From Microcoleus sp. (GTDB taxonomy: Bacteria > Cyanobacteriota > Cyanobacteriia > Cyanobacteriales > Microcoleaceae), in contig CP181291.1 in NCBI GenBank assembly GCA_052279835.1, positions 1,152,001-1,216,000 of the forward strand: a stretch of DNA of 64,000 bases. Reading direction: 5' to 3'. A program made the position numbers and the translations under genes. Below, one piece after another: positions 10,430-19,852 of this stretch (position 1 is the first letter of the stretch; each line of letters starts with the position of its first letter). The notes under the pieces are model-generated. The model made no database searches, was not told the origin of the DNA, and saw nothing but the letters and a program-made list of their open reading frames with translations.

Positions 10430-10650
10430 AATATACAGTTGTTATCCAATGGTCAGAAGAAGATCGATGCTTTGTCGTATTTTTGCCTGAATTTGAAGAT
10501 GTAATGCAGCCGGTAACTCACGGAGATTCTTATGAAGAAGCTATCTACAATGCGCGAGAGGTACTAGAGTTACTAATCGAGAGTTGTCAGGCTGAAGGTA
10601 AACCATTGCCAGCAACTAAGAAGCTAGAACGATTATTTCATGCTGCATAA
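10426..10650 (+). CDS. hicB: HicB family antitoxin (copy 1, short form)
   Basis: Y.V.I.WSEED..FVV..PE...THGDSYEEA..A.E.L...GKPLP. Confidence 0.9.
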   Translation: MKYTVVIQWSEEDRCFVVFLPEFEDVMQPVTHGDSYEEAIYNAREVLELLIESCQAEGKPLPATKKLERLFHAA

Positions 10651-11791
10651 ATTTGTTCAAAGCAATATCAGTCAAATATGGAATAAGTGCAAAACCGATA
10701 CACTCTGCTAAACGGGGCGGTACGGCATTGCCAATTTGCCACATTGCCTTTTTCATCGAACCTGCAAAAATAAATGAATCCGGGAAAGTTTGCAGTCTAG
10801 CCATTTCACGAGCTGAAATAACACGATTAAGATGAGGATGAATATGAGTGCCGCCATGATTTTCTTTAACAGTCATACTCGGTTTTCCCGGATACTGTCG
10901 CTTGAAAGCATCTGCGTAGCTTTCATACAAAGAACCACCAGGTGGAACTTTAGCAAGTCTTTCCATGTACTCAACAGAATGACGAGTCCATTCGTGGTTA
11001 ATTTCTGGTATGGGAGTATACTCTGGTAGATCGTAAATTGCTGACTCGATTGCTTTGTATTGTTCGGGCAACAATTGCGACTTGGGATAGGGATTTGGCA
11101 TCCCGAATCTATTGGCAATAAAAATCGCTCGCGGGCGGATTTGCGGGACTCCATAGGTTGCTGATTCCAGCACAGCAACGGACATATTGGGATAGCCAAT
11201 TTCCTCAAAAGCATCGCAAATCGCTTGCTTAACAGCTCCTTTTTGCATAGTCAATATTCCTGGTACGTTTTCCATGACAACATACCAAGGACGTATTTCA
11301 GAGACAACGCGGACAAACTCTCTAAATAGGCGGTTTCGAGGGTCGTTCGGGTCGCGTTTTCCTGCCACCGAGAAGCCTTGACACGGCGGCCCGCCTACAA
11401 CAACATGAACTTCGGGCGAACCAATTTCAGCGAGCAATTTTTGGGGATTTAAGTTTTTTATATCGTCACACAAGTGATGGCAATCAGGAAAGTTTTTTGT
11501 ATGAGTTGCCGAGGCGATGGGATTAATTTCAACGCTTGCTACTGGTCGAAAACCTGCTTGCAATAAACCTTGTGTCATGCCGCCCGCACCGCAGAAAAGA
11601 TCGACAAATGTATAGTCGGATTTTGGCAGTGACTGAGATTCAATATCAATGAATATCTTGTAGGGGTCGCAGTCATTTGCTTCTAGTTCCCGTTGGATGC
11701 GTTCGTAACGCCCTAATTTTGCTTTTTTCTGCTTTTTGGCAGGAATTAATTCTGACTCGTTTGAGAACAAAGACAGTTGTATTGCTTCCAT
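10616..11791 (-). CDS. dcm: DNA (cytosine-5)-methyltransferase, orphan
   Basis: Motifs I (DLFCGAGG), IV (GGPPCQGFS), VI (MENV), VIII (PQIRPR), IX (REMARLQTFPD) and X (IGNAVP). Confidence 0.95.
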   Translation of the reverse strand: MEAIQLSLFSNESELIPAKKQKKAKLGRYERIQRELEANDCDPYKIFIDIESQSLPKSDYTFVDLFCGAGGMTQGLLQAGFRPVASVEINPIASATHTKNFPDCHHLCDDIKNLNPQKLLAEIGSPEVHVVVGGPPCQGFSVAGKRDPNDPRNRLFREFVRVVSEIRPWYVVMENVPGILTMQKGAVKQAICDAFEEIGYPNMSVAVLESATYGVPQIRPRAIFIANRFGMPNPYPKSQLLPEQYKAIESAIYDLPEYTPIPEINHEWTRHSVEYMERLAKVPPGGSLYESYADAFKRQYPGKPSMTVKENHGGTHIHPHLNRVISAREMARLQTFPDSFIFAGSMKKAMWQIGNAVPPRLAECIGFALIPYLTDIALNKFMQHEIIVLAS

Positions 11792-11818
11792 TTTCTAGTT
11801 TTTTACTGCATTTTATCT

Positions 11819-11905
11819 GATGTTGACCATTTCGGGCAGAGTGTCGGGTTCGCGCTTGGAGTTGGGGAGTGCGATCGTCCTATTGTACATCTGTGGGGGA
11901 TGCGA
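11819..11905 (-). repeat. Degenerate copy of the purB promoter/5' end upstream of dcm
   Basis: 11819-11844 matches purB 6019-6044 (25/26); 11861-11893 is identical to 8860-8892 and includes TACAAT on the minus strand. Confidence 0.85.
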
Positions 11906-11912
11906 GAGTCAT

Positions 11913-11997
11913 AGGACTTAGACATGGGGCCCAGAAACCGGGTTTTTTACGAAAATACTTTGTTGTAGCCCGCAGATTTGGTAAAAACCCGGTTTCT
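11913..11997. repeat. AACCGGG/AAACCCGGTT family dispersed repeat
   Basis: TAGGACTTAGAC...AGAAACCGGGTTTTTT...AAAAAACCCGGTTTCT inverted arms. Confidence 0.65.
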
Positions 11998-12068
11998 CAA
12001 ATCAACTCGGTTTTTGTAGTTTGGGCGATCGGCTACAATATCGTAAACCCCGTTAGCTGGCATCACTC

Positions 12069-12275
12069 ATGCCTAAAAAAATCAGAGAATTGAAAAGCCT
12101 ATTACTAAAAGCAGGCTTTACTTACAGACAGGGAAAGGGCAGTCACACTGTATGGGAACACCCTTTATTACCTGAAAAAATTACACTATCAGGTAATGAT
12201 GGTGATGATGCGCCAAATTATCACGAAAAAAGAGTAATTTCTGATTTACAGAAGCTGAAGGAGATAGAAGAATGA
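12069..12275 (+). CDS. hicA: HicA family toxin (copy 2)
   Basis: GKGSHTVWEHP; first 17 aa identical to copy 1. Confidence 0.9.
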   Translation: MPKKIRELKSLLLKAGFTYRQGKGSHTVWEHPLLPEKITLSGNDGDDAPNYHEKRVISDLQKLKEIEE

Positions 12276-12502
12276 ATAGCCATTATAGTCTAATCATCGA
12301 GTGGTCAGAAGAAGATCAACTTTTTGTGGTCAGCTTACCTGAGTTTACCGATGTCATGCAGCCTTGCACTCACGGACACACTTACGAAGAAGCGGCAAAA
12401 CACGGACAAGAATTATTAGAAACATTGATTGAACTCTATCAAGAAGATGGCAAACCTCTACCAGAACCTCAGACATTGGGGAAACGATTACAGATTGCGT
12501 AA
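12272..12502 (+). CDS. hicB: HicB family antitoxin (copy 2)
   Basis: YSLIIEWSEED..THGHTYEEA..GKPLPEP. Confidence 0.9.
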   Translation: MNSHYSLIIEWSEEDQLFVVSLPEFTDVMQPCTHGHTYEEAAKHGQELLETLIELYQEDGKPLPEPQTLGKRLQIA

Positions 12503-12552
12503 AACCAAATAATTGAGGTGCTGAGGCCAATCCAAGCAGAGGAGACAGAACC

Positions 12553-12777
12553 ATGAAATATACAGTTATGATCCAATGGTCAGAATAGGATCGGTGCTTT
12601 GTCGTATTTTTGCCTGAATTTGAAGATGTAATGCAGCCCGTAACTCACGGAGATTCCTATGAAGAAGCTATCTACAATGCACAAGAGGTACTGGAGTTAC
12701 TAATCGAAAGCTGTCAAGCGGAAGGTAAACCATTACCAGCAACTAAGAAGCTAGAACGATTATTTGAGGCTGCATAA
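12553..12777 (+). pseudogene. hicB: hicB copy 1 duplicate with a nonsense codon at 12586-12588, preceded by a hicA1 3' remnant
   Basis: Nearly identical to 10426-10650 but TCA GAA TAG replaces TCA GAA GAA; 12513-12552 resembles the hicA1 3' end. Confidence 0.9.
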
Positions 12778-12832
12778 ATTTGTTCAAATCCATATCATTA
12801 TACCCAAAAAGTAGGCGATTTGGATATTCTCA

Positions 12833-13699
12833 TCAAACTTCCGAAAGTCTCACCTTATTACCAATTAACTTGAGAAAACTCGACCCAAAGTGTTGAATCT
12901 CCAAAAAATTTGCATAGGCAGAAACTGGCTTGTAAACTCTAAAAGTTCGCATAATCCCTAAAGTAGCCGCACTTTCCAAGGGACCCACAAAGCTAGTATC
13001 TCTATCCAAAAAATGAGACTGTTTAGCCCAGTAAGCCATCTGTTCTGCATTCAAAAAATAGCACCCTGAATGAGGATTTAAAGCCCGCTCAAAAGCAATC
13101 TTTTGTTCCATTATTTTGCCAAATAACTGCCGTTGTTCCTCAATATTTTGAAAATTAGCCGTAGCAGAATGTGTTAAATCGCCATCGATATAGGCTTTAA
13201 AAACGGGGGCTTGAGGTGATACTTCGTAACGGTTTGGTTGTAACAAGTTTCCATTGCCACCGTGATGTCTAAACCAGTTTAATTTGTTGAAAAACCACGG
13301 ATCATGTAAAATCAAGTCATCTTCCAAGTAACAGAAATAATCATATTTGTCAAGACAAGCTCGTAAAACTGCTTGACACTCAAACCCCAACAGCAGCGGT
13401 TCGCATTTGGTAGCATGGTGCATAAAAGATTTTGGCTGCACCGGCAATTGAGACAACAGATGATAGCCTTGGGTTGTGCAAATCACAATGTCAATTTCGT
13501 GATTCTGATCTTGATTGGCTGGGATAGTTGCACATTCGCCAATGTGAATCATGCACTGAGATTTGCCGTACAAAGCTTGCAGCGATGCAACGGCAGCGGT
13601 TAAAGCATTGAGTCGCGGTTGCGGATCGTTTCTTTGGGAAGCGTGTTTGCCGTCGCCACTGGGATTGTAAAAGTGAGCAATAGTGAATAGAATTCGCAT
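12833..13699 (-). CDS. Conserved protein, probable GT-A-fold glycosyltransferase-like
   Basis: YDYFCYLEDD (DxD-like) and NPHSGCYFL motifs; sits in a GT cluster. Confidence 0.55.
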   Translation of the reverse strand: MRILFTIAHFYNPSGDGKHASQRNDPQPRLNALTAAVASLQALYGKSQCMIHIGECATIPANQDQNHEIDIVICTTQGYHLLSQLPVQPKSFMHHATKCEPLLLGFECQAVLRACLDKYDYFCYLEDDLILHDPWFFNKLNWFRHHGGNGNLLQPNRYEVSPQAPVFKAYIDGDLTHSATANFQNIEEQRQLFGKIMEQKIAFERALNPHSGCYFLNAEQMAYWAKQSHFLDRDTSFVGPLESAATLGIMRTFRVYKPVSAYANFLEIQHFGSSFLKLIGNKVRLSEV

Positions 13700-13866
13700 T
13701 GGTGTGAATTAATAATTAAACATTAAACAATAAAACATTAATGGCGGTATTTTAGTCCGCCCAGGGGGACTTTGTAGGTTTAGCCGCGAATTATATTCGG
13801 CTGGGCTGAATTGGAGGGGATTTTTCCCAATATTTTTTGCATAAATCTTCATCAATTTTACTACAT

Positions 13867-15537
13867 TCAGTCATCAAATAACTCCGGTAGTCGATCGCGC
13901 AATTCAGCATTCAAACGCGGCAACTCATCCCGCATCTGCAAGTACCAGTCTCGCCGCTGCCGGTAGTGCCCGCACAGCAAACGGTTCTCCCGCACCCACT
14001 CGTAAGCATTCCCAGCTATTTGTCGGCGTGTTGGATCATCGGAAATCAGCAAATTCAGCTTATTTTCAAACTCTTTTTCTGAGCGATAAATTAACCCGGT
14101 TTCACCTTCGACAATTGAGTGTTCGTACACCGTAGGACTTGCCAACACCGCCACTCCCCGCGCCGCACATTCAATGAATTTTAAGTCAGATTTCATTTCA
14201 TTTATCTGGTTAGGAACTAGCGGTAACAGAGCGATATCGCAACTGTACATAATTTCTTGATACCGTTCGTAACTGCAAAATGACTCAAATTGTTTGTGTT
14301 CGGTTTCTAAGGAGTCAAAAAATAGACGATCGTGAATCACTTTAACTCGAATGCGGTGTTTGTGAGCGACTAAAATTCGATTCAGCGCTGCCATAATTGG
14401 TTGCCAATCTTTTTCGCGATTTAGGGCTCCAAAAAAGATGGTAACAGTATCTTCTGCATAAGTGCGCGGTGGTGGTAAATAGGCTAATTGATTGGGAAAT
14501 ACTGTAACATTGGGATTGTACTGTCGTAAAATTTTGGCTAGGGGTTCTGTGGAAGTTTGAACGCAATGACAGCCACGGTAGCTGAGGTAATTGTTGTCTG
14601 CGTATTCCCGGCGACGGATGGGATTGTCGTCAATTTCAGCTACTATTAAATAGTCTTGTTGTAGGAGTTGTTTGATGTGGGGAAGATAGGCGGGATATTG
14701 CATGATTGTCCGCTGCCAAATAAATACTTTTTCTTCCGCTGGGAGTGGGGAAATTAATTCGAGTGTTTTCACGCCAGATACGGTGCGGACACCGGGAATT
14801 GTAGCGCTAAATTTGTCCGGTTCCAAAACTCGCAGGCGATCGCACCCTGTAGGTGCCATAATTATGGTTTGAATCAGCAATCTGCGTGGTTGTACAGGGG
14901 TTTTGGTCGATCGCACAATATAATATTCAGCACTGGTTTCCGTAGCAAAACTACTCGATTGTAGCTCTAATGCCTTGACCATGGGATGCAGCAATTGCTG
15001 AAATTGGGCAAAATTTTCGGTTTTGTGTCCCTTTCCTTGCAATTCGTAAACCTGCAATCCGGCTTGAGTAAAGAGTGATTGAATACTTTCTAGGGTAAAC
15101 CAGTGCTGCATTTTGCCATCGGCATTTTCCCAGTGCCCGCGCAACAAATTGACAATGCGCCGCCAGTATTGAACATTGGGAATTCTGGCGAAAATTTGAC
15201 CCCTGGGATGCAGCAAAGCACTGTATTGTTTGAGGACATCCCAAGGATTTTTGAGGTAAGGTAACAAATCGCCAAACACCAAACAATCAACGGTGCCTGG
15301 GGCGATGTCGAGACTGGCGATGTCGGTTTCTTCTATATTGGCGATCGCCACCCAGTTTAGCCGATCGACTGCTATTTTAGCTTTTTCTCGATCGCATTCA
15401 AGGCCAATATATTGACAATGGGGATTTGTCAGCTTGTACTGTGCGCCCATAGCCCCCGTACCGCAGCCTATTTCGACAATGACTTTAGCATCCGGGGGTA
15501 GCAGATTCAAGAGGTCATGGTTGATGCTATCGATCAC
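13867..15537 (-). CDS. SAM-dependent methyltransferase fused to a GT4-like glycosyltransferase
   Basis: N-terminal VEIGCGTG; C-terminal DIALLPL..N.MKSDLKFIE..G. GTG start at 15537 with a purine-rich RBS. Confidence 0.85.
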   Translation of the reverse strand: MIDSINHDLLNLLPPDAKVIVEIGCGTGAMGAQYKLTNPHCQYIGLECDREKAKIAVDRLNWVAIANIEETDIASLDIAPGTVDCLVFGDLLPYLKNPWDVLKQYSALLHPRGQIFARIPNVQYWRRIVNLLRGHWENADGKMQHWFTLESIQSLFTQAGLQVYELQGKGHKTENFAQFQQLLHPMVKALELQSSSFATETSAEYYIVRSTKTPVQPRRLLIQTIIMAPTGCDRLRVLEPDKFSATIPGVRTVSGVKTLELISPLPAEEKVFIWQRTIMQYPAYLPHIKQLLQQDYLIVAEIDDNPIRRREYADNNYLSYRGCHCVQTSTEPLAKILRQYNPNVTVFPNQLAYLPPPRTYAEDTVTIFFGALNREKDWQPIMAALNRILVAHKHRIRVKVIHDRLFFDSLETEHKQFESFCSYERYQEIMYSCDIALLPLVPNQINEMKSDLKFIECAARGVAVLASPTVYEHSIVEGETGLIYRSEKEFENKLNLLISDDPTRRQIAGNAYEWVRENRLLCGHYRQRRDWYLQMRDELPRLNAELRDRLPELFDD

Positions 15538-15634
15538 TTTCTCTAATTTGTGAGCATGGCGATGCCAGTATACAATGGCGATCGGCACATTTGTCAAGCA
15601 CCAAATCAACTAAAAAAAAATTATAGCACAAACT

Positions 15635-18600
15635 ATGAACCCTAACTTAGGAATTAACATCGCCGGCTACATCAACGGTGAATTTGGAGTGGGAGAAGGA
15701 GTCAGAGCAAATATTAGATCCCTAGAAGCCGCCCAAATTCCCTTCACTATCAACAATTTCACCCGCAGTCCCCACCGCAGTCAAGACACCACCTATCAAA
15801 ACTTTAGCCCAGACAATCCTTATCCCATAAACCTGATTCAAGTCAACGCCGATGAAGTCAACACTTTCTTAAAACATTCTGGTTCCAGCTATTTTAAAAG
15901 TCGCTACAATATCGGCTTTTGGGCCTGGGAAATTCCCGAATTTCCTCAAAAATGGCAACCAGTATTTGACAACTTTCACGAAATATGGACTTACAGCAAC
16001 TACTGCGCCGAAGCAATTTCCCTAGTCTCGCCAATTCCCGTCATCAAAATCATGCCCAGCATTGATTTACCTCCATCTTACCTGAACAGAAAATCCCTGA
16101 ATTTGCCCGAAAATAAATTTATTTTTCTATTTATATTCGACTTTTCCAGCCGCATCGAACGGAAAAATCCTTTAGCTGCCATTCAAGCATTTAAGCAAGC
16201 CTTTGGTCAAGACGAGCGCGTACTATTTATCCTCAAATCTTCCAACTCCGACAAAAACATCCAAGATTTAGCATTGTTAAAATCCGCCATCGGAAATGCG
16301 ACCAATATTCAACATTTAGACGGATATTTATCTAAAAATGAAATAAATGGTTTGCTCTACAATTGCGACTGTTATGTATCCCTACATCGCTGTGAAGGAT
16401 TTGGTTTAACCATGGCAGAAGCCATGTTTTATGGCAAACCTGTAATTGCTACTGCTTATTCATCAAATACAGAATTTATGAATGTGGGCAATAGCTTTTT
16501 AGTCAAATATAAATTAATTCCCCTTGAGGCAGATTGCGGCCCTTACAAAAAAGGCAATTTTTGGGCAGAACCGGATATAGAACACAGCGCTTATTTAATG
16601 CGGCATATATTCAATAATTACGGGGAAGCTCAAAAAGTAGGAGCGAGAGCGGCGCAGGAAATTAAGAGTTTACTAAGTCCGTCAACTGTCGGTAAAAAAA
16701 TTCAAAAACGTTTGGAATATATTGCTCAAATTACCCAAAACTTTCAAATTTTAAACAATTCAAAAAATGCCCTGCTAAATCATCCCCAAACAGTACCACC
16801 TTTAGTGAGTATTTGCATTCCTACATATAACGGAGCAGCATTTATTGGCGAAGCAATTGAGAGTGCTTTGGCTCAGACTTATCCTAATATAGAAGTGATT
16901 ATATCCGACGATGGCTCCACTGACCAAACAATTGCGATCGCCCAATCATTCACCTCAAAAACCTCAGTAGATTTACGCATCATTCTCCACCGCAATTATG
17001 GCCTGTCGCAAAACTGGAACTTCTGCATTTCCCAAGCTAAAGGTAAATACATTAAATTTCTGTTTCAAGACGACTTACTCGCACCAGAATGTATTGAAAA
17101 AATGGTCGAACTTGCCGAAACACACCAAAATATAGGCATGATTTTTTCACCCCGTGGAATTACCATAGACGCATCTGAATCCAATCCTATTTTACAAAAA
17201 GCTTCCCAATCAATTAAAGATTTGTACAAAGGTTGGTCAAATTTAAAACCGATTCAGCCCGGACAAGAATTACTAGCAGATCCTAACTGTTTAAGCAACC
17301 CCATCAACAAAATTGGTGAACCGACTACCGTCCTAATTGCCGCCCGCGTTTTTGCCGAAATCGGATTATTTGATTCGGGATTATCTCAGTATGTAGACTT
17401 AGATATGTGGTGGCGAATTATGGGAAATTATCACATCGGATTTGTCCCTCAAACACTCTCCTCACTGCGGATTCATCCCGAACAACAAACTTGGAAAAAT
17501 TTCTCGGCTGGCGAAAATCATAAAGATGTAGTCAGATTTTACCAGAAACTCCTAAATAGCCCTGAATACGGTTTTTTGAATCCCCAAATCAAACAGATTA
17601 TTCAACAAAAATTAGATGCCAAAACTCAGCGAAATTCCTCTAAATTATCCAAGCTAATTCAAGATTATCACAAATCGCCAAGTAATGAGTCTACTGTCGG
17701 AAAACTGCGAAAATACCGCCTACAAATGGCTAAATATTGGCTGAATTTACCAGCAGAACAATGTGAAAATGCTTACAGGGGAGACCTGGGAAAAGCTCAC
17801 CAATTGCTACTAGATAGTGGTATCAAACATGAAACCTTGACTGCGGAAGAACAAAGTTTTGTCCAGGAGTTATGTTCCACTTTGTCTCTAGGAGGAGAAC
17901 TTATATATAGGCTGCAATATCTTCTAGCAGCTATGCTGTACCGCGAGGCTTATCAGTTGCCATTATCCTATCAAAATGCAGCGATTCCTCAGTGGTTTTT
18001 TGACGGTTTTTTGAAATTCCTGTTTCAGTCTCCTACTTATTTTCAAGAAGCTGGAGAGGTTGCAGGATATGCTCAGTATTTGCAGCGTTTAATAGAGTAT
18101 GTGGCTGGGAATATTGCCAGTTTTCCGGCTACGGAGATTTGGCGTTATTTGGCGCAGTTTATTGCGGAAAATCTCAGCTTAAAAAATTTGTATCTCAGCG
18201 AAGGTAATCTCCTTGATGTTGGTAAGCTAAGAGATAATATTATTGAGTATCACTTGAGGAATATAGGGTGTAAAATAGACTTTAATTTTGAGCAGACAGC
18301 CCCTGAACGCAGCAAAATTAAATTGGGGATTTTGCTCGATCAAATTTGTGCGGAACCAGAGACTTTTGCCGCCATGGCAAGTTGTGAATATTTAGACAGA
18401 AGCAAGTTTGAAATTATTGTGTATAATTTCTATCCTCTGCCACAGGATTCCTTGGGTAAATACTTTGAAAGTCGGGTTGACAAGGTAGTACACCTGTCAG
18501 CCGACTTGCTCAGTCAAGTAGAGGAAATGCGATCGCACAATTTAGACATTCTGCTCCTGAGCACCAATACCACCGACACCCTCAAACCTAGCACTTTGCT

Positions 18601-19438
18601 GTCCCTACACCGACTAGGGCGGCTCCAAATAGCTGCTCCTCTATCGATGCCGGTGACTACCTGGGCTCGCAATATCGATCGCTTCTTGACCGGAAATTTG
18701 ACATCCCCCCCAGATGCACCCCCAGAGTATCGGGAAAAATTAATCACTTTAGAAGGCTCAGGAGTTTGTTTCAGTTATCCTGTAACCTCAGAAAAATCCA
18801 CTGTGAAACCCACAAGAACCAGTTGGGGTGCAACGGAGCAATCTGTAATATTTATGTCCGGTGTCACAGCTTTTAAAATTATCCCAGAGTTGAGAGCGAC
18901 TTGGGCAAAAATAATTGCCTCTACACCGAATTCGATCTTAGTTTTATATCCCTTTCATTCGCGCCGGGAAAAATTTCCCATGATGCCTTTTTATCACCAA
19001 ATGCGATCGCTATTTGCGGAATTTGGGATTGACAAACAGCGATTGGTGATGCTCAAGGCACTGCCGACGGCTGCCGATTACCAAGAATGTTTGAAATTAG
19101 CTGATATATATTTAGACTCCTATCCCGATAGCGACGCTGCATCCCTAGTAGCACCGTTGTTGGCGGGGTTGCCGGTGGTGGTGAGAGCAGGGCAAACCGG
19201 GCGCTCTCGACAATCCGCAGCAGTCATGCAAGAACTACAACTTCCTGAATTGGTAGCCAACAGCGAGAATGGTTATGTGGAGATTAGCAAAGCATTGGGA
19301 AGTAACCCAGAATTGCGCCGGCACTATCGGGATCGAGTCCAAAGCCAAATGGCGACCAACCCAAAATTGTTGGACAGTCGCGCTTACTCCTTTAAACTCG
19401 GAACTTTGTTGGAAGAGATATTTTTCAAGGGGATTTAA
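15635..19438 (+). CDS. Multidomain glycosyltransferase: GT4 + GT2 + HMW1C/GT41-like C-terminal domain
   Basis: SLHRCEGFGLTMAEAM (GT4); VSICIPTYN..DDGSTD..FQDD (GT2); FKIIPE..W.KI..P...ADIYLDSYP...GLPVV (GT41-like). Confidence 0.85.
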   Translation: MNPNLGINIAGYINGEFGVGEGVRANIRSLEAAQIPFTINNFTRSPHRSQDTTYQNFSPDNPYPINLIQVNADEVNTFLKHSGSSYFKSRYNIGFWAWEIPEFPQKWQPVFDNFHEIWTYSNYCAEAISLVSPIPVIKIMPSIDLPPSYLNRKSLNLPENKFIFLFIFDFSSRIERKNPLAAIQAFKQAFGQDERVLFILKSSNSDKNIQDLALLKSAIGNATNIQHLDGYLSKNEINGLLYNCDCYVSLHRCEGFGLTMAEAMFYGKPVIATAYSSNTEFMNVGNSFLVKYKLIPLEADCGPYKKGNFWAEPDIEHSAYLMRHIFNNYGEAQKVGARAAQEIKSLLSPSTVGKKIQKRLEYIAQITQNFQILNNSKNALLNHPQTVPPLVSICIPTYNGAAFIGEAIESALAQTYPNIEVIISDDGSTDQTIAIAQSFTSKTSVDLRIILHRNYGLSQNWNFCISQAKGKYIKFLFQDDLLAPECIEKMVELAETHQNIGMIFSPRGITIDASESNPILQKASQSIKDLYKGWSNLKPIQPGQELLADPNCLSNPINKIGEPTTVLIAARVFAEIGLFDSGLSQYVDLDMWWRIMGNYHIGFVPQTLSSLRIHPEQQTWKNFSAGENHKDVVRFYQKLLNSPEYGFLNPQIKQIIQQKLDAKTQRNSSKLSKLIQDYHKSPSNESTVGKLRKYRLQMAKYWLNLPAEQCENAYRGDLGKAHQLLLDSGIKHETLTAEEQSFVQELCSTLSLGGELIYRLQYLLAAMLYREAYQLPLSYQNAAIPQWFFDGFLKFLFQSPTYFQEAGEVAGYAQYLQRLIEYVAGNIASFPATEIWRYLAQFIAENLSLKNLYLSEGNLLDVGKLRDNIIEYHLRNIGCKIDFNFEQTAPERSKIKLGILLDQICAEPETFAAMASCEYLDRSKFEIIVYNFYPLPQDSLGKYFESRVDKVVHLSADLLSQVEEMRSHNLDILLLSTNTTDTLKPSTLLSLHRLGRLQIAAPLSMPVTTWARNIDRFLTGNLTSPPDAPPEYREKLITLEGSGVCFSYPVTSEKSTVKPTRTSWGATEQSVIFMSGVTAFKIIPELRATWAKIIASTPNSILVLYPFHSRREKFPMMPFYHQMRSLFAEFGIDKQRLVMLKALPTAADYQECLKLADIYLDSYPDSDAASLVAPLLAGLPVVVRAGQTGRSRQSAAVMQELQLPELVANSENGYVEISKALGSNPELRRHYRDRVQSQMATNPKLLDSRAYSFKLGTLLEEIFFKGI

Positions 19439-19852
19439 ATGTGATATGGGGCGGGTTCCCGTACCTACCCACCAGCAGATTGATGTTTGTAGAATCCGCT
19501 CTCAGGCCAGTTTTGGAGAATGTTGCCAGATGTAGTTGTTAGGGAACCCCCCCGAAAACCAAGCGTCAGGAAACAAACAGGAAGAGCGTTAGCCCGCTAA
19601 TGGTCTGCTATTATCGGGAAACTGAGGTAGCGTTAAATTCTGCCACATATAGCCGACCCGCTACCTGGTGTCGATCGCTCGCGGTGAAAGCTGTCGTCAG
19701 CACCCGTTAACACGATCGAAAAGTAATAAGTTTACTCGGCTAGTCCTAGTAAATTCTATGGAACTATAAATGTTAGTGGTTTAGTGGTTGTCGCTCTTTT
19801 CCTACCACAGTTAGATTAAAAGGGGAAGCGCAAGTCAGTTGGAGACAAAAAA

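Noticed and set aside
6019..12000. Classical integron or prophage
   Set aside because: No tyrosine or serine recombinase, no attC-like palindromes with GTTRRRY cores recognised, and no phage structural genes.
3396..12588. Three in-frame TAG codons (3396, 9817, 12586) suggesting amber recoding or read-through
   Set aside because: They appear to replace different residues (probably Leu at 3396, Glu at 12586), and TAG ends normal genes here (vapC, hlyD, livG, EamA). Ordinary nonsense mutations are the simpler explanation.
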